Under the pieces are notes generated by a model that had not been told where the DNA came from, did no database searches, and was given only the letters and a program-made list of their open reading frames with translations. A program made the translations under genes and the position numbers. Shown here piece by piece: positions 16,823 through 27,500 of a stretch of DNA of 31,528 nt; position 1 is the stretch's first letter; each line of letters opens with the position of its first letter. Origin of the DNA: Verrucomicrobiota bacterium (GTDB lineage: Bacteria > Verrucomicrobiota > Verrucomicrobiia > Limisphaerales > Palsa-1400); the NCBI GenBank assembly GCA_049510745.1, contig JBEKYR010000054.1:1-31528 (forward strand), given 5' to 3'.

Positions 16823-17043
16823 AAACGTCTATTGATCGCTCGAAAACCGGGATGCGCCTTGCGTGGCTTGGATGTCTTTGAGCAATTGCATCTCGTTTCC
16901 GTTCATGGCAGCATCAAACGACGCGCACTGGCGTCGCTCAATCCCGCAGCGGGCGGGAACGGCGGCGGGCGGCTGGCACCCGGAAAACAACGCGCCCTTG
17001 CGTAATCCTTATACTTTCGGCAGTTAAAATTAAAGTCAAGCAC

Positions 17044-18066
17044 ATGGTTCGCTTAAAAGACATCGCGGCGAAAGCGGGAGTGTCGGTCATGACCGTCTCG
17101 AAGGCGTTGCGGGGCGCGACCGATATTTCCGCCCAGACCAAGACCCGCATCAAGCTGCTGGCCCAGCAGATGGGTTACATGCCCGATACCATGGCGCAGG
17201 GGCTGCGCAGCCGCACCACCAAGCTGCTCGGACTGGTTTTGTCCACCGTCACCAATCCCATCTTCGCCCGCACCATCTCGGCCCTCGAAGAAGGGGCGCA
17301 CGAATGGGGCTACGACCTGATCCTGGCCCACACCTTGAATATCCCCGAACGCGAGGAAGCCTGCGTCCGCCGCCTGCTCTCGCGGCGGGTGGACGGACTT
17401 TTTATTGTTCCGGTTTACCGCCTGGCGCCGACCGCCCCCATTTACGAGGAGCTGCTCCAACGCCAAACCCCCACCGTCATCCTCGGCCACCGCGCCCCCT
17501 TCTGCGCCCAGTTTTACAACGTCGAAACCGACGACGTCACCGGCAGCTACCTCATCACGCGGCACCTGTTGGAATTGGGGCACAAGCGGATCGCTTTTCT
17601 CTCCGGCCCCAGCGCCTCTCCCTGGGCGCAGGAGCGGCTCGAAGGCTTCCGCCGCGCCTTGCGCGAAGCCCAGATCGAACCGGACGACCGCCTCATTTTC
17701 AGCGCCGGCGCCACCATCGAGGAGGGCGAAAAGGCGGCCTTGCAGGCGCTCAACGAATCTGTCTCAATGACCGCCCTCCTGGCGGCCAATGACCTGGTGG
17801 CGATGGGCGCCGCCAATGTTTTGCTCAACCAAGGCGTCCGAATCCCCGAAGACCTCTCGGTGGCGGGCTTTGGCAACATTGCCATGAGCGAACATTTCCG
17901 CGTCCCGCTCACCACCGTGCGCCAGCCCAAACTGCGCCTCGGCGTCGCGGCCATGGAGATCATGCAGAAGCTGCGCCGCGGCGAGCGCCCGGAATCCAAA
18001 CGCCTGGCCGCCGAAATCATCGTCCGCTCCAGCACCAGCGCGCCCAAACCGGAGGCGCCCCGATAA
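17044..18066 (+). CDS. LacI-family transcriptional regulator
   Basis: LKDIAAKAGVSVMTVSKAL HTH, MGYMPD..AQGL hinge, LGHKRIAF, NDLVAMG, IPEDLSVAGF, PLTTVRQP. Confidence 0.95.
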   Translation: MVRLKDIAAKAGVSVMTVSKALRGATDISAQTKTRIKLLAQQMGYMPDTMAQGLRSRTTKLLGLVLSTVTNPIFARTISALEEGAHEWGYDLILAHTLNIPEREEACVRRLLSRRVDGLFIVPVYRLAPTAPIYEELLQRQTPTVILGHRAPFCAQFYNVETDDVTGSYLITRHLLELGHKRIAFLSGPSASPWAQERLEGFRRALREAQIEPDDRLIFSAGATIEEGEKAALQALNESVSMTALLAANDLVAMGAANVLLNQGVRIPEDLSVAGFGNIAMSEHFRVPLTTVRQPKLRLGVAAMEIMQKLRRGERPESKRLAAEIIVRSSTSAPKPEAPR

Positions 18067-18067
18067 T

Positions 18068-18364
18068 TTGCCCGACGCCGACCCAGAACCTTCCCCAGTG
18101 CCGCTGCCCATCGACGGCGTGCTCGACCTGCACACCTTCAATCCCAGGGAGATTGGCAGCCTGGTGCCGGCTTATCTGGACGAATGCCGCGCGCGCGGCA
18201 TTTGGGAAGTCCGGATCATTCACGGCAAAGGGGTCGGCCATCTGCAACGCTCCGTTCACGCCCTTCTCTCCCGGCGGCCGGATGTGGCGCGGTTTTCCTT
18301 CGCCAGCGCCGCCTTTGGCGGCCGCGGCGCCACCATTGTCACTTTGCGCCCCGAAACCCGGTAG
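18068..18364 (+). CDS. Stand-alone Smr/MutS2 C-terminal domain protein
   Basis: LDLHTF, VRIIHGKGVG.L, GGRGATIV. Confidence 0.9.
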   Translation: MPDADPEPSPVPLPIDGVLDLHTFNPREIGSLVPAYLDECRARGIWEVRIIHGKGVGHLQRSVHALLSRRPDVARFSFASAAFGGRGATIVTLRPETR

Positions 18365-18368
18365 CCCT

Positions 18369-19061
18369 CTAGGATTGCTCAGCGCCGTCCAAAACCTCCA
18401 CGGCGGAAATTTGCGATAAATCCGCCGCCGCCCAGTCCGGCCGATGCGACCGCAACTCCTCGAGCGACGCGCCCCCGCTGGCGACGGCCAGCACTTTAGC
18501 GCCAATGGAGCGGCCGCAACGAATGTCCAGCGGCGTGTCGCCAATGACCAGCACTTCCTCCCCGCGCAGAGGGCGTCCGAGCCGCTGGCTGCCGCGTTGG
18601 AGGGCGATGGCGGCGATCTGGTCGCGTTCCTCGTGATCGTCGGCAAACCCGCCAAAGGGGAATTTTTGCCACAGATTGAAATGTTCCAGTTTGATCTGCG
18701 CGCCTTGCTTGATATTGCCGGTGAGCAAGCCGAGCAGCGGCGGCTCGGGCCGCGCGGCCAGCGCCGCCTGGAATTCGAGCACGCCGCGGCAGGCGCCCCC
18801 TTTGCAGTCCACAATAATTTTCCGCAAGCAGGCCAGATAGGCCGCGAAAAAGCGCTCGAAATTTTCCGGCGACGGCTCGATGCCCGCGTGGGTGAACACT
18901 TCGCGCACCAGCGAGAAATCGGTTCGACCGCCGAACTTGAGCCGTCCCGTTCCGTCTTGAATCCCAAACTCACTGGCAAAGGCGCGCGCAAACGCCTTCA
19001 CCCCCGCGCCGCCCGTGTGGATAAGCGTGCCGTCAACATCGAATAAAACCAATCGGATCAC
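18369..19061 (-). CDS. HAD-superfamily hydrolase (phosphoglycolate phosphatase-like)
   Basis: LFDVDGTL, LLTGN, IGDTPLDI; GTG 19061 start supported by a promoter immediately upstream. Confidence 0.9.
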   Translation of the reverse strand: MIRLVLFDVDGTLIHTGGAGVKAFARAFASEFGIQDGTGRLKFGGRTDFSLVREVFTHAGIEPSPENFERFFAAYLACLRKIIVDCKGGACRGVLEFQAALAARPEPPLLGLLTGNIKQGAQIKLEHFNLWQKFPFGGFADDHEERDQIAAIALQRGSQRLGRPLRGEEVLVIGDTPLDIRCGRSIGAKVLAVASGGASLEELRSHRPDWAAADLSQISAVEVLDGAEQS

Positions 19062-19067
19062 CTGCCC

Positions 19068-19096
19068 AAACTGCGGGCAAAGCGGGACAATTGCAA
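19068..19096 (-). promoter_or_regulatory. Sigma70-type promoter giving a probably leaderless HAD transcript
   Basis: Minus strand TTGCAA-17 bp-CAGTTT-6 nt-GTG. Confidence 0.45.
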
Positions 19097-19206
19097 TGCC
19101 GGGGATAAGGAGAACATTTCTCAGTTTGCAATTTCCAATTCCGCCCCGGTCACTTAACTTCCAGTTCGTGAGCGGCTGTATCCAAAGCCCCCTCCAATCC
19201 GGTGCG

Positions 19207-19794
19207 ATGAGCAACACAGTCTATTTTGACCTCGAGACCCAGAAGTCGGCGGAGGAAGTCGGCGGCTGGGACAAAATCCGCGAGATGCGCATGAGCGTGG
19301 GCGTGACCTACAGCACGGCACGCGGCGATTACAAGATTTACCGCGAGCACGAGGTCAACGCGTTGATTGACGAATTGCGCCGGGCGGACCTGGTGGTGGG
19401 TTTCAACACCTTGCGCTTCGATTACGAGGTGCTCGCCGGCCACAACCCGTTCTTTGACCCGCAACAGGTGCCCACGCTCGACATGCTGGTGGAGCTGCAA
19501 AAGACGCTGACACACCGCCTGTCGCTGGACTCGATTGCCTCGGCCACGCTCGGCGTGGAAAAAACCGCCGGAGGGATGCAAGCCATCCACTGGTACCGGG
19601 AGGGCAAATTGCTGGAGATTGCCGAGTATTGCTGCTACGACGTGAAGATCACGCGCCTGGTCCACGAGTACGGGTTGTCCAACAAACAACTCCATTACGT
19701 CAACCGCTTCGGAAAAAAGCTCGCTGTGCCGGTCGCGTGGGGAAGCCAGCCGGGCGCGGACCGCCGGGAAACGCCGGCGCGGATTCGGAGTTGA
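19207..19794 (+). CDS. RNase H-like (YprB/RNase_H_2, DEDD) exonuclease domain protein
   Basis: VYFDLETQK, VVGFNTLRFDY, LSLDSIA, YCCYDV; ATG 19207 is preferred over the ORF-track start. Confidence 0.85.
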   Translation: MSNTVYFDLETQKSAEEVGGWDKIREMRMSVGVTYSTARGDYKIYREHEVNALIDELRRADLVVGFNTLRFDYEVLAGHNPFFDPQQVPTLDMLVELQKTLTHRLSLDSIASATLGVEKTAGGMQAIHWYREGKLLEIAEYCCYDVKITRLVHEYGLSNKQLHYVNRFGKKLAVPVAWGSQPGADRRETPARIRS

Positions 19795-19823
19795 AATTCC
19801 CGTTCCGGTTGGTCTAATTCGGC

Positions 19824-20699
19824 GTGGCAACAAACCGGCTTGCGCGCAGTCTGAAGGCGACTTTCCTGGGGATGGGAGTCAACATCGCGCTCACGGCCTG
19901 CAAATTCGCCGCCGGGGTGTGGGGCCGTTCGCACGCGCTGATCGCCGACGCGGTGGAATCCACCGCGGATATTTTCAGTTCCATCATCGTCTGGCGCGGC
20001 CTGACCGTGGCGGCCGAACCGGCTGACCGCGAACATCCCTACGGCCACGGCAAAGCCGAGCCGTTGGCGGCGGCGTCGGTCGCCGTCATGCAGTTGCTGG
20101 CGGCGGCGGGCATCGTGCTCAAGTCCGCCCACGAATGGCTCCAGCCGCGCGCCCAGCCGCGGGCCTTCACGCTGGCCGTGTTGATCGCGGTGGTGGTGGT
20201 GAAGGAGCTTCTCTTCCGCTTTGTCGCCCGCGAGGCCGGCTCGGTGGAAAGCATTGTTGTTTACACCGACGCCTGGCATCATCGCAGCGACGCGATGACC
20301 TCGCTGGCGGCGGCCATCGGCATCACCATTGCGCTGGTGGGCGGCCCTGATTTCGCCTTTGCCGACGACGCGGCCGCCATTGTCGCCGGGCTGATCATCG
20401 CCTGGAGCGGCTGGCAATTGCTCCGCCCCGCCTTGAACGAGTTGATGGATGCGGCGCCCAACGCCGCCGTGGTCGCGCAAATCCGGCTGGCGGCCGGGAA
20501 GGTGCCTGGCGTCAGTGCCGTCGAGAAGTGCATCGTGCGCAAGGCGGGTTTTCAATACTTCGTCGATATGCACGTGGAGGTCGATGGGGGGATGCCCGTG
20601 CGCCAGGCCCATCAGATCGCCCATCTGGTCAAGGACAAGGTGCGGGAGACGGTCCCGACCGTGTCTGACGTTCTGGTGCATATTGAACCCAGCCCATGA
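19824..20699 (+). CDS. Cation diffusion facilitator family transporter
   Basis: ALIADAVES..D, HPYGHGKAE, DAWHHRSD, VDMHVEVD, DVLVHIEP. Confidence 0.93.
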   Translation: MATNRLARSLKATFLGMGVNIALTACKFAAGVWGRSHALIADAVESTADIFSSIIVWRGLTVAAEPADREHPYGHGKAEPLAAASVAVMQLLAAAGIVLKSAHEWLQPRAQPRAFTLAVLIAVVVVKELLFRFVAREAGSVESIVVYTDAWHHRSDAMTSLAAAIGITIALVGGPDFAFADDAAAIVAGLIIAWSGWQLLRPALNELMDAAPNAAVVAQIRLAAGKVPGVSAVEKCIVRKAGFQYFVDMHVEVDGGMPVRQAHQIAHLVKDKVRETVPTVSDVLVHIEPSP

Positions 20700-20774
20700 A
20701 AGATGGCGCTTCGCCCTCCGGCGCCGCCCCCCCGCGCGCAAAAAACGATGCCCCTCCGGGCGCGCCGCGGCCGC

Positions 20775-21227
20775 CTATTCCCGGCCTTTTGAGTCAATTA
20801 TAATTGTGACCGGCCCGTCGTTGCACAGGCTCACCTTCATGTCCCCCCCAAACTCGCCCGTCGCGATGGGCTTGCCGAGGTCCGCCGCCAACCGGCCGAT
20901 GAATCGCTCGTACAGGGGAATGGCCGTTTCGGGCCGGGCCGACCGGCTGAAGGAGGGGCGATTGCCCTTTTTGGTGCTGGCAAAAAGCGTGAACTGGCTC
21001 ACCACCAGAATATCCCCGCCCACCTCCCGCACCGAACGGTTCATCAGCCCGCCGGCATCGCGGAAAATTCGCAGGCGGACAATTTTCCCGCTGAGCCACT
21101 CGATGTCCTCGGCGCTGTCGGTTTCCTCGACGGCCAGGAACACGACCAACCCCGCCTGGATCGCGGCCTTGACGGCTCCCGCGAGGAGCACGCGGGCCTC
21201 GCTGACTCGTTGGATGACGGCGCGCAT
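20775..21227 (-). CDS. dtd: D-aminoacyl-tRNA deacylase
   Basis: MRAVIQRV, LRIF, VSQFTL, KGNRPSF, GEFG, NDGPVT. Confidence 0.96.
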   Translation of the reverse strand: MRAVIQRVSEARVLLAGAVKAAIQAGLVVFLAVEETDSAEDIEWLSGKIVRLRIFRDAGGLMNRSVREVGGDILVVSQFTLFASTKKGNRPSFSRSARPETAIPLYERFIGRLAADLGKPIATGEFGGDMKVSLCNDGPVTIIIDSKGRE

Positions 21228-21250
21228 CAGTTCAGTCTTCTAATCCCATT

Positions 21251-21286
21251 AAGATCAAGATTGAGATTAAGAGCAAGATTAAGATG
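21251..21286. repeat. Degenerate hexamer tandem repeat (AAGATT-like x6)
   Basis: AAGATC AAGATT GAGATT AAGAGC AAGATT AAGATG. Confidence 0.8.
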
Positions 21287-21295
21287 AGCATGTTA

Positions 21296-21324
21296 TTGCA
21301 ATGGCGTGGCCATCCGGCTAGTTT
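21296..21324 (+). promoter_or_regulatory. Sigma70-type promoter of lysC
   Basis: TTGCAA-17 bp-TAGTTT. Confidence 0.55.
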
Positions 21325-21357
21325 ATTCAACCTGCCGGCCGACAGTGCCGGCCCAAA

Positions 21358-22581
21358 ATGCTGATTGTGCAAAAATTCGGCGGGACTTCGGTCGCCAACC
21401 CGGAGCGGATTAAAAACGTGGCCCAGCGCGTGGCGCGCTATCGTGCCCAAGGCAGCCAGGTGGTCGTGGTCGTTTCCGCCATGAGCGGCGTGACCGACAA
21501 CCTGATCAAAATGGCGCGCGAACTGACGCCGCTGCCCAACGAGCGCGAGATGGATATGCTGCTGGCCACCGGCGAACAAACGACCATCGCCCTGACCGCC
21601 ATCGCCTTGCACACGCTGGATGTCCCGGCCATTTCCTTGACCGGCGCGCAGGCCGGCATCGTGACCGACGGCGTGCATACCAAGGCGAAGATCGCCAACA
21701 TCACCCCAAAGAAAATCCACAGCCTGCTCCAGGAGGGCAAGGTGGTGATCGTGGCCGGATTCCAGGGCCAGACCGACGAGGGCCAGATCACGACGCTGGG
21801 GCGGGGCGGATCGGATTTGACGGCCATTGCGCTGGCGGCGGCGTTGAAGGCCGACCTTTGCCAGATTTACACCGACGTCGATGGCGTCTATACGGCCGAC
21901 CCGCGCGTCGTGCCGGGCGCGCACAAACTGCCGGAGATTTCCTACGACGAAATGCTCGAGCTGGCCGGACTGGGCGCCAAAGTCATGCAGTCGCGCTCGG
22001 TCGAGTTCGCCAAAAAGTTCGGCGTCGTCTTCGAGGTCCGCTCCAGTCTCAACGACAACCCAGGAACGATTGTGAAAGAAGAAACTCCCAGCATGGAAGG
22101 CGTCGTCATCCGCGGCGTCTCGCTCGACAAAAACCAGGCCAAGATCACGCTCGTCGCCGTGCCCGACCAGCCCGGCGTGGCCGCCCGCGTCTTTAAGGCC
22201 ATCGCCGACGCCAACATCAACGTCGATATGATCGTGCAAAACATCAGCCACACCCTGGACTCTCCCGCGACCGACCTTTCCTTCACGGTGGACAAGCCGG
22301 ACTTGTTGAAAGCGACCCGGATCATCGACGGATTGAAGGAAACCATCGGATTCCGCCAGGTGATTGCGGACGAGAAGATCGGCAAATTGTCCATCGTCGG
22401 CGTCGGCATGCGCAGTTATCCGGGCGTGGCGGCAAAAATGTTTGAAACGCTGGCCGCGGCGGGCATCAACATCGGCATGATCTCGACCAGCGAAATCAAA
22501 ATCTCCGTCATCGTTGAACTGGGCAAAGGCGAGCAAGCCATGCGCGTGGTCCACGAGGCCTTCCTGGAAAAACTGGCCTAG
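21358..22581 (+). CDS. lysC: Aspartate kinase (alpha/beta type, two ACT domains)
   Basis: VQKFGGTSV, VVVVSAM, TTLGRGGSD, IYTDVDGVYTADP, ACT domains, STSEIKIS. Confidence 0.96.
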   Translation: MLIVQKFGGTSVANPERIKNVAQRVARYRAQGSQVVVVVSAMSGVTDNLIKMARELTPLPNEREMDMLLATGEQTTIALTAIALHTLDVPAISLTGAQAGIVTDGVHTKAKIANITPKKIHSLLQEGKVVIVAGFQGQTDEGQITTLGRGGSDLTAIALAAALKADLCQIYTDVDGVYTADPRVVPGAHKLPEISYDEMLELAGLGAKVMQSRSVEFAKKFGVVFEVRSSLNDNPGTIVKEETPSMEGVVIRGVSLDKNQAKITLVAVPDQPGVAARVFKAIADANINVDMIVQNISHTLDSPATDLSFTVDKPDLLKATRIIDGLKETIGFRQVIADEKIGKLSIVGVGMRSYPGVAAKMFETLAAAGINIGMISTSEIKISVIVELGKGEQAMRVVHEAFLEKLA

Positions 22582-22663
22582 GAACTCTGTTGTCCCCGCC
22601 GCTCCGGCCACGGCGAGAGTTCGCATTGAAATCGCAGGGTGACCGACTTACCCTTGCGCGATC

Positions 22664-24529
22664 ATGTCGAGGAAGACGATTCAACCCGCTTTCCATCCCC
22701 CGGCAGCGGGCGCTTCAGCCTCCGGGGACCTGGCCCAGGCATGGTGGCAGCAAGGCTGGTTCTTTTTTCTCCTCCTGTCGGTGGCGGCCTTTCTGGCTTA
22801 TCAACCGGTCTGGCATGGGGGTTTTTTGTGGGACGATTCCGTCTTGCTGACCAATAATCCGCTGGTCAAACAAGCCGACGGCTGGTGGCGGATTTGGTGC
22901 GAAAGCGTGACCGATTATGTGCCGGCGACCCTGACGACGTTCTGGCTGGAATGGCGTTTGTGGGGGGGCAATCCTTTGGGTTACCACCTGGGCAACATCC
23001 TCCTGCATGCCCTGGCCGCGTTCCTGGCGTGGAAAGTTTTGCGGGCGCTTAAAATTCCAGGCGCCCGCCTGGCGGCGGCGATTTTTGCGCTGCATCCGGT
23101 GGCGGTGGAATCGGTCGCCTGGATTGCGGAGCGAAAGAACACGCTGGCGATGGTGTTTTATCTTTGCGCGCTGCTCTGGTTTCTGCGCTTCGAGGATTCC
23201 GGCGACCGGCGCTGGTATTGGACTTCGGCGCTGGCGTTTGTTCTGGCGCTCTTCAGCAAGACAGCCGTTGTGCCGCTGCCGGTGGTGCTCCTGGGCATGG
23301 CTTGGTGGCGGCGGGGGCGAATCGACCGCCGGGACCTCCTCCGCAGCCTGTTGTTTTTTGTGTTGGCGGCGGCCGGGGTTTTGCTGGCGCTGTGGATTCA
23401 GCGGGGGGCCACGGGCGCCAGTTTTCAGACCGTCAGTTTTTGGGGGCGTCTGGCGCAAGCCGGCTGGGTTGTTTGGTTCTATCTTGGCAAAGCGGTTGTT
23501 CCTCTGAACCTCGTTCCGGTTTATCCGCTCTGGCATATCAACGCGGCCAGGATGGTTTCTTACTTGCCCACCCTGGCGGTGGCCGCGGTCCTGGCCGCCA
23601 GTTGGCTCTGCCGAAAGCAAGGAGGAAGGGTGGTGCTGGCGGCGTTTGGTTATTTTCTGGCGCTGCTTCTCCCGGTCATGGGATTTGCCAATATTTCCCT
23701 GATGCGTTGCACGTTGGTGGCGGATCAGTGGCAGTATTTCGCCCTCATTGGCCCCGTCGCCCTGCTGGCCGCCGGCGCGACCGTTGCCGTGAGATTCCTG
23801 GGTCCAGGCAAGGTATTCCTGGCGCCCGCGGGTGTCGTGGTGTTGCTCCTGGCGCTGGGCGTTTTGACGTGGAGGCAGAGCCGGCTCTACACCAGTCCCA
23901 CCACACTTTGGCAGGCCACGCTGGCGGCGGATCCGCGTTCTTTCCTGGCCCAAAGTTCCCTCGGCAGCATCCTCTTCAAGAGCGGCAAGACAGCGGAGGC
24001 GATCGCTCATTACGAGGCCGCGCTGGCCATCGACCCCAAATTCTTCGACGCGCACTACGATCTGGCCAACATCTTTCTCCAGACCGGCCACCCGTCCGAT
24101 GCCGTGGCCCATTACGAAAAAGTGCTGCAAATCCAGCCGGACTTCCCCCAGGCAGTCAATAATCTGGCTTGGGTCCTGGCGACGTGTCCTCTGCCCTCTC
24201 TCCGCAACGGCGCCCGCGCGGTGGAACTGGCCGGCCGCGCCGTGAACCTTTCGGGGGGCAAGGACCCTTCCCCTGTCGGCACGCTGGCGGCTGCTTACGC
24301 CGAGGCCGGCCGATTTGATGACGCGATCACCGCCGCCCGCGTGGCCCTGAAATTGGCCGGCGCCCGGAATGATGCGGCGCAGGTCAAGGACCTGAACCAA
24401 CAACTCGCCTGCTACCAGCGGGGCGCTCCCTACCGTGATCCGCTCCCAGCCGGGGCCAGTGCCAACCCCCGGTCCCCGCCGCCTATTGCGGCACCTGCAA
24501 AACGCGGTAGAAGCGCTGAGCGTCAGTGA
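22664..24529 (+). CDS. TMTC-like GT-C membrane glycosyltransferase with C-terminal TPR repeats
   Basis: GGFLWDD, GYHLGNILLH, FALHPVAVESVAWIAERKN, ADQWQY; about 11 TM segments followed by TPRs (AIAHYEAALAIDP, AVAHYEKVLQIQP). Confidence 0.82.
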   Translation: MSRKTIQPAFHPPAAGASASGDLAQAWWQQGWFFFLLLSVAAFLAYQPVWHGGFLWDDSVLLTNNPLVKQADGWWRIWCESVTDYVPATLTTFWLEWRLWGGNPLGYHLGNILLHALAAFLAWKVLRALKIPGARLAAAIFALHPVAVESVAWIAERKNTLAMVFYLCALLWFLRFEDSGDRRWYWTSALAFVLALFSKTAVVPLPVVLLGMAWWRRGRIDRRDLLRSLLFFVLAAAGVLLALWIQRGATGASFQTVSFWGRLAQAGWVVWFYLGKAVVPLNLVPVYPLWHINAARMVSYLPTLAVAAVLAASWLCRKQGGRVVLAAFGYFLALLLPVMGFANISLMRCTLVADQWQYFALIGPVALLAAGATVAVRFLGPGKVFLAPAGVVVLLLALGVLTWRQSRLYTSPTTLWQATLAADPRSFLAQSSLGSILFKSGKTAEAIAHYEAALAIDPKFFDAHYDLANIFLQTGHPSDAVAHYEKVLQIQPDFPQAVNNLAWVLATCPLPSLRNGARAVELAGRAVNLSGGKDPSPVGTLAAAYAEAGRFDDAITAARVALKLAGARNDAAQVKDLNQQLACYQRGAPYRDPLPAGASANPRSPPPIAAPAKRGRSAERQ

Positions 24530-27500
24530 CCGGGTCGGTGACCGTGACGGTCGCGTTGGTGGCGGTAATGGGGCCGCCCAAATCAGCCCAATTGGTGGCT
24601 GTCAAACACGAGTTGTATTGCACCTGGTAATTCGCTCCTGCCGTGGCCGCCCAACTGAACGCGATCCTGTTGCCGGATTGGAAGGCCGCTTGGAACACCG
24701 GAAGAACCGGCGCCAGGATCGTCAACGTTCCATCGACAATGGTAACCTGGTAATCCGGCAGCCGGCCGCCGGGGTCCGCCAGGTTCGGTATAATCGGATA
24801 CGTCCCCGCCGGGCTGACCGAGGTGGCGCCGCAACCGTAGCTGGCAGTGATATTGTCCCCGTTCCGCAAGCCGGCAATGACGCCCGTGAACACCGGGTTG
24901 GTGATGCCGTACGAGCGCGTGGCATTGCTGGCCGTCACGCTCAACGGCGCCGGCGACACCACCAGACTGACAAAGTCGGTCACGCTGTAATAGTCCGTCG
25001 AGTCGTTGGGCGTGAAGGCCGCCGACAACAGGTTGCTGCCCGCATTCAGAACTGTTCCGGCGGGCGGAACATAGGAGAAAGCACCCGGGACATTCGCGGA
25101 CGCGTTTAACTGGGCGGCGCCCAGAGCGCCGCCGTAAGTGAGAGCCGGCGGATTCGTCCAAGTGATGACGGGTGTGCCGACGAACACGAACCCGTTGGTC
25201 AACACCGCGCTTTGGCCGTCCGCGTTGGTGAGCGCAACGTTCACCGCGCCGACGGTGGAAGAGGCGGGCGTCACCACAGTAAGATTGGTGGCGCTGTTGA
25301 AGGTCACCGCGGCTGCCGCGACGGAGCCGAAGGCCACCGCGGCATGGCCTTGGAATCCAGAGCCAGTAATCGTCAGGGTTGTGCCGCCGGCAACCGGCCC
25401 GGCGGAAGGCGTGATGCCACCGAGGGTGGGAGGAGCCGCTGTCACACTAATGTCGTCCAACCCGAAGAAACTGGCCGCATTCGCAAAGCCGATTTGGAGG
25501 ACGCTGTACGGATTGGTGGCGGCAAGAGTAAATTGAAGGTTTGTCCAGCCGATGCCCGGAAGATTTGTCTCGTTATAGACCACGTTTCCCTCCCAGGAAA
25601 CCTGGAACCCATTGGGGGTGGCGCCGTCCGAACTATCCAGCCACAATGAAACCGAATACATCTGCCCGGGGATCGTGGGTATCGTCTGCGACAGATAGCC
25701 CAAAGCTCCGTTATTGACGAGGAACGCGCCGTAGGCCCCGGAGTGGATGGCGCCGTCATAGGTGCTGGCCGAAACATAGGCGGTGTCCCCGTTCAAAGTC
25801 CATCCTGTCAAATCGCCGGTTTCAAACCCGCCGTTCTGAACCAACTGGCCGATCATAAAAAGCAGCGGCAGGCTTTCCCCGGCGGCGAACGTGTTGTTGC
25901 TGAATAAGACGCCCGCGGACCAGGCTCCCGCCGGCAGGTTGGTGGCGGCGACATTGAGGCTGCAATTGACAACAGCCGCGCCAAAAGGCCCCAAAACGCC
26001 GTTGGTGGGTGAAACATCGAGCCAGGGCGGATTGGTCACTACGTTCCAGTTGACTGCAACCTGGCTGGCGTTGGTTAACCGGCAGAGGATCGCCGCGGCA
26101 TTGAACGGGCCGCTCGGCGGACCGTCAAACTCGTAGCCGGCCGCGGGGGAAAGCGTCAGCGGGTCCGAGATTTGCAACGTGAACGACCGGTGGTGCAGCA
26201 GGCCGTTGCCCAGATTGGTCAACGTCAGGTGGGCGGTGTAGCTTCCCACAAGAAGATTCGACGCCGCATTCAAGTTGACCAGCACACTGGCCGTCGCGCC
26301 GGGGCTGAGACTCCCATTGGTCGGCCAGGCGGAAAGCCACGGCGCGTCACTCTGCAAACACCAGCTCAGCGACGCGGTCCCTTCGTTTGTCAATAAAAAA
26401 TTCTCCGCCGTCACATTGAAGGGGCCTCCGCCGGGGCCGCTGGAAATGAAGCCCGCCACGGGCAGCATCACCAGCGTGTCCGGCGGGGCGAGGGTGTTGA
26501 TCAAATTGCTGCCGTTGGGCGTCCCCCACCCGGTGCAAAGATCATAGCCGCGCGCGGCGAAATAGGCGTTGGGGCTGTTGGCGTTGGTGTTGTTGCCAAT
26601 GGTAATATCGTGAAAGTTCGTCGCATAACCGGCGCCCGCGCCAATGGCGTAAAGAGCGGGGTTCAGGAAGCCGACAGGCCCATTACCGTACTTGGCCGCC
26701 TGCTGGTTGACCAGCGCCGTAAATCCCGCCCATAACGGCGCGGCGGCGCTGGTGCCGTAGAAAGACTCGGAGGTGTTATCATCAGCAATCAAGAAGACGT
26801 TGAATGCGCACATGGCAACATCGGGCAGATTCCGGTATGCGGTGGACCCTTGGTTGGTCGCCATGCTGATCCCGGCTTGCCAGGAGGGAATCGCGTAATT
26901 GGTCGTGAACCCGCCGCTGCTGCCGCTCCAGACGGTTTCAGATTGCCACGGCCCGTTGGTGCCGGTTGTTGACAATACCGTGCCGCCCACCACGGTGATA
27001 TACGGGTCGCCCGTCGGGGCGCTGACCTGGCCCGGCGGATCGGCGCCGAAATCAGCGGAAGCGCAAAAAAACGACTGCCCTTGCGCGGCAAACTGTTGGA
27101 ATATCTGGTCGGTGACGGCGTCCACCGAAATAAATATCCACGAGCAGCTAATTTGAGCGGCCAGATTGTCGGTCGCGATCCGGTTCAAGAGATCGTCCAC
27201 CGGCGAAAAGACGCTCTCTTCATAAACGAGGATTTTGGAAAGTCCCGGCGCCATGGAAACCAGCAAATCAATGTCCGCCGCCACCTCCGAGTTCTGAAAA
27301 CTCGGCGCGCCGCCAAAACCATCGACCAGGACGTTGGACAGCGTGACGCTGGAAAGTCCGGCCTTGGACTCGTAGGCGGCAATATCGCTTGGGTAATAGC
27401 CGTCAAACTCGACCAGTGCCGCGGTTTGCCCCCTGCCGGTCAAGGTGACGCCCGGCGCGTAGGCCGCCCTGAAATCCTTGCCGATGTACCCGCCGCCCGG

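Noticed and set aside
16974..17003. TGGCAC upstream of lacI as a sigma54 promoter
   Set aside because: No TTGC at the required -12 spacing.
16346..17005. Plus-strand ORFs 16346-16567, 16467-16835 and 16763-17005
   Set aside because: No motifs; the minus-strand antitoxin/PIN reading explains 16324-16646 better.
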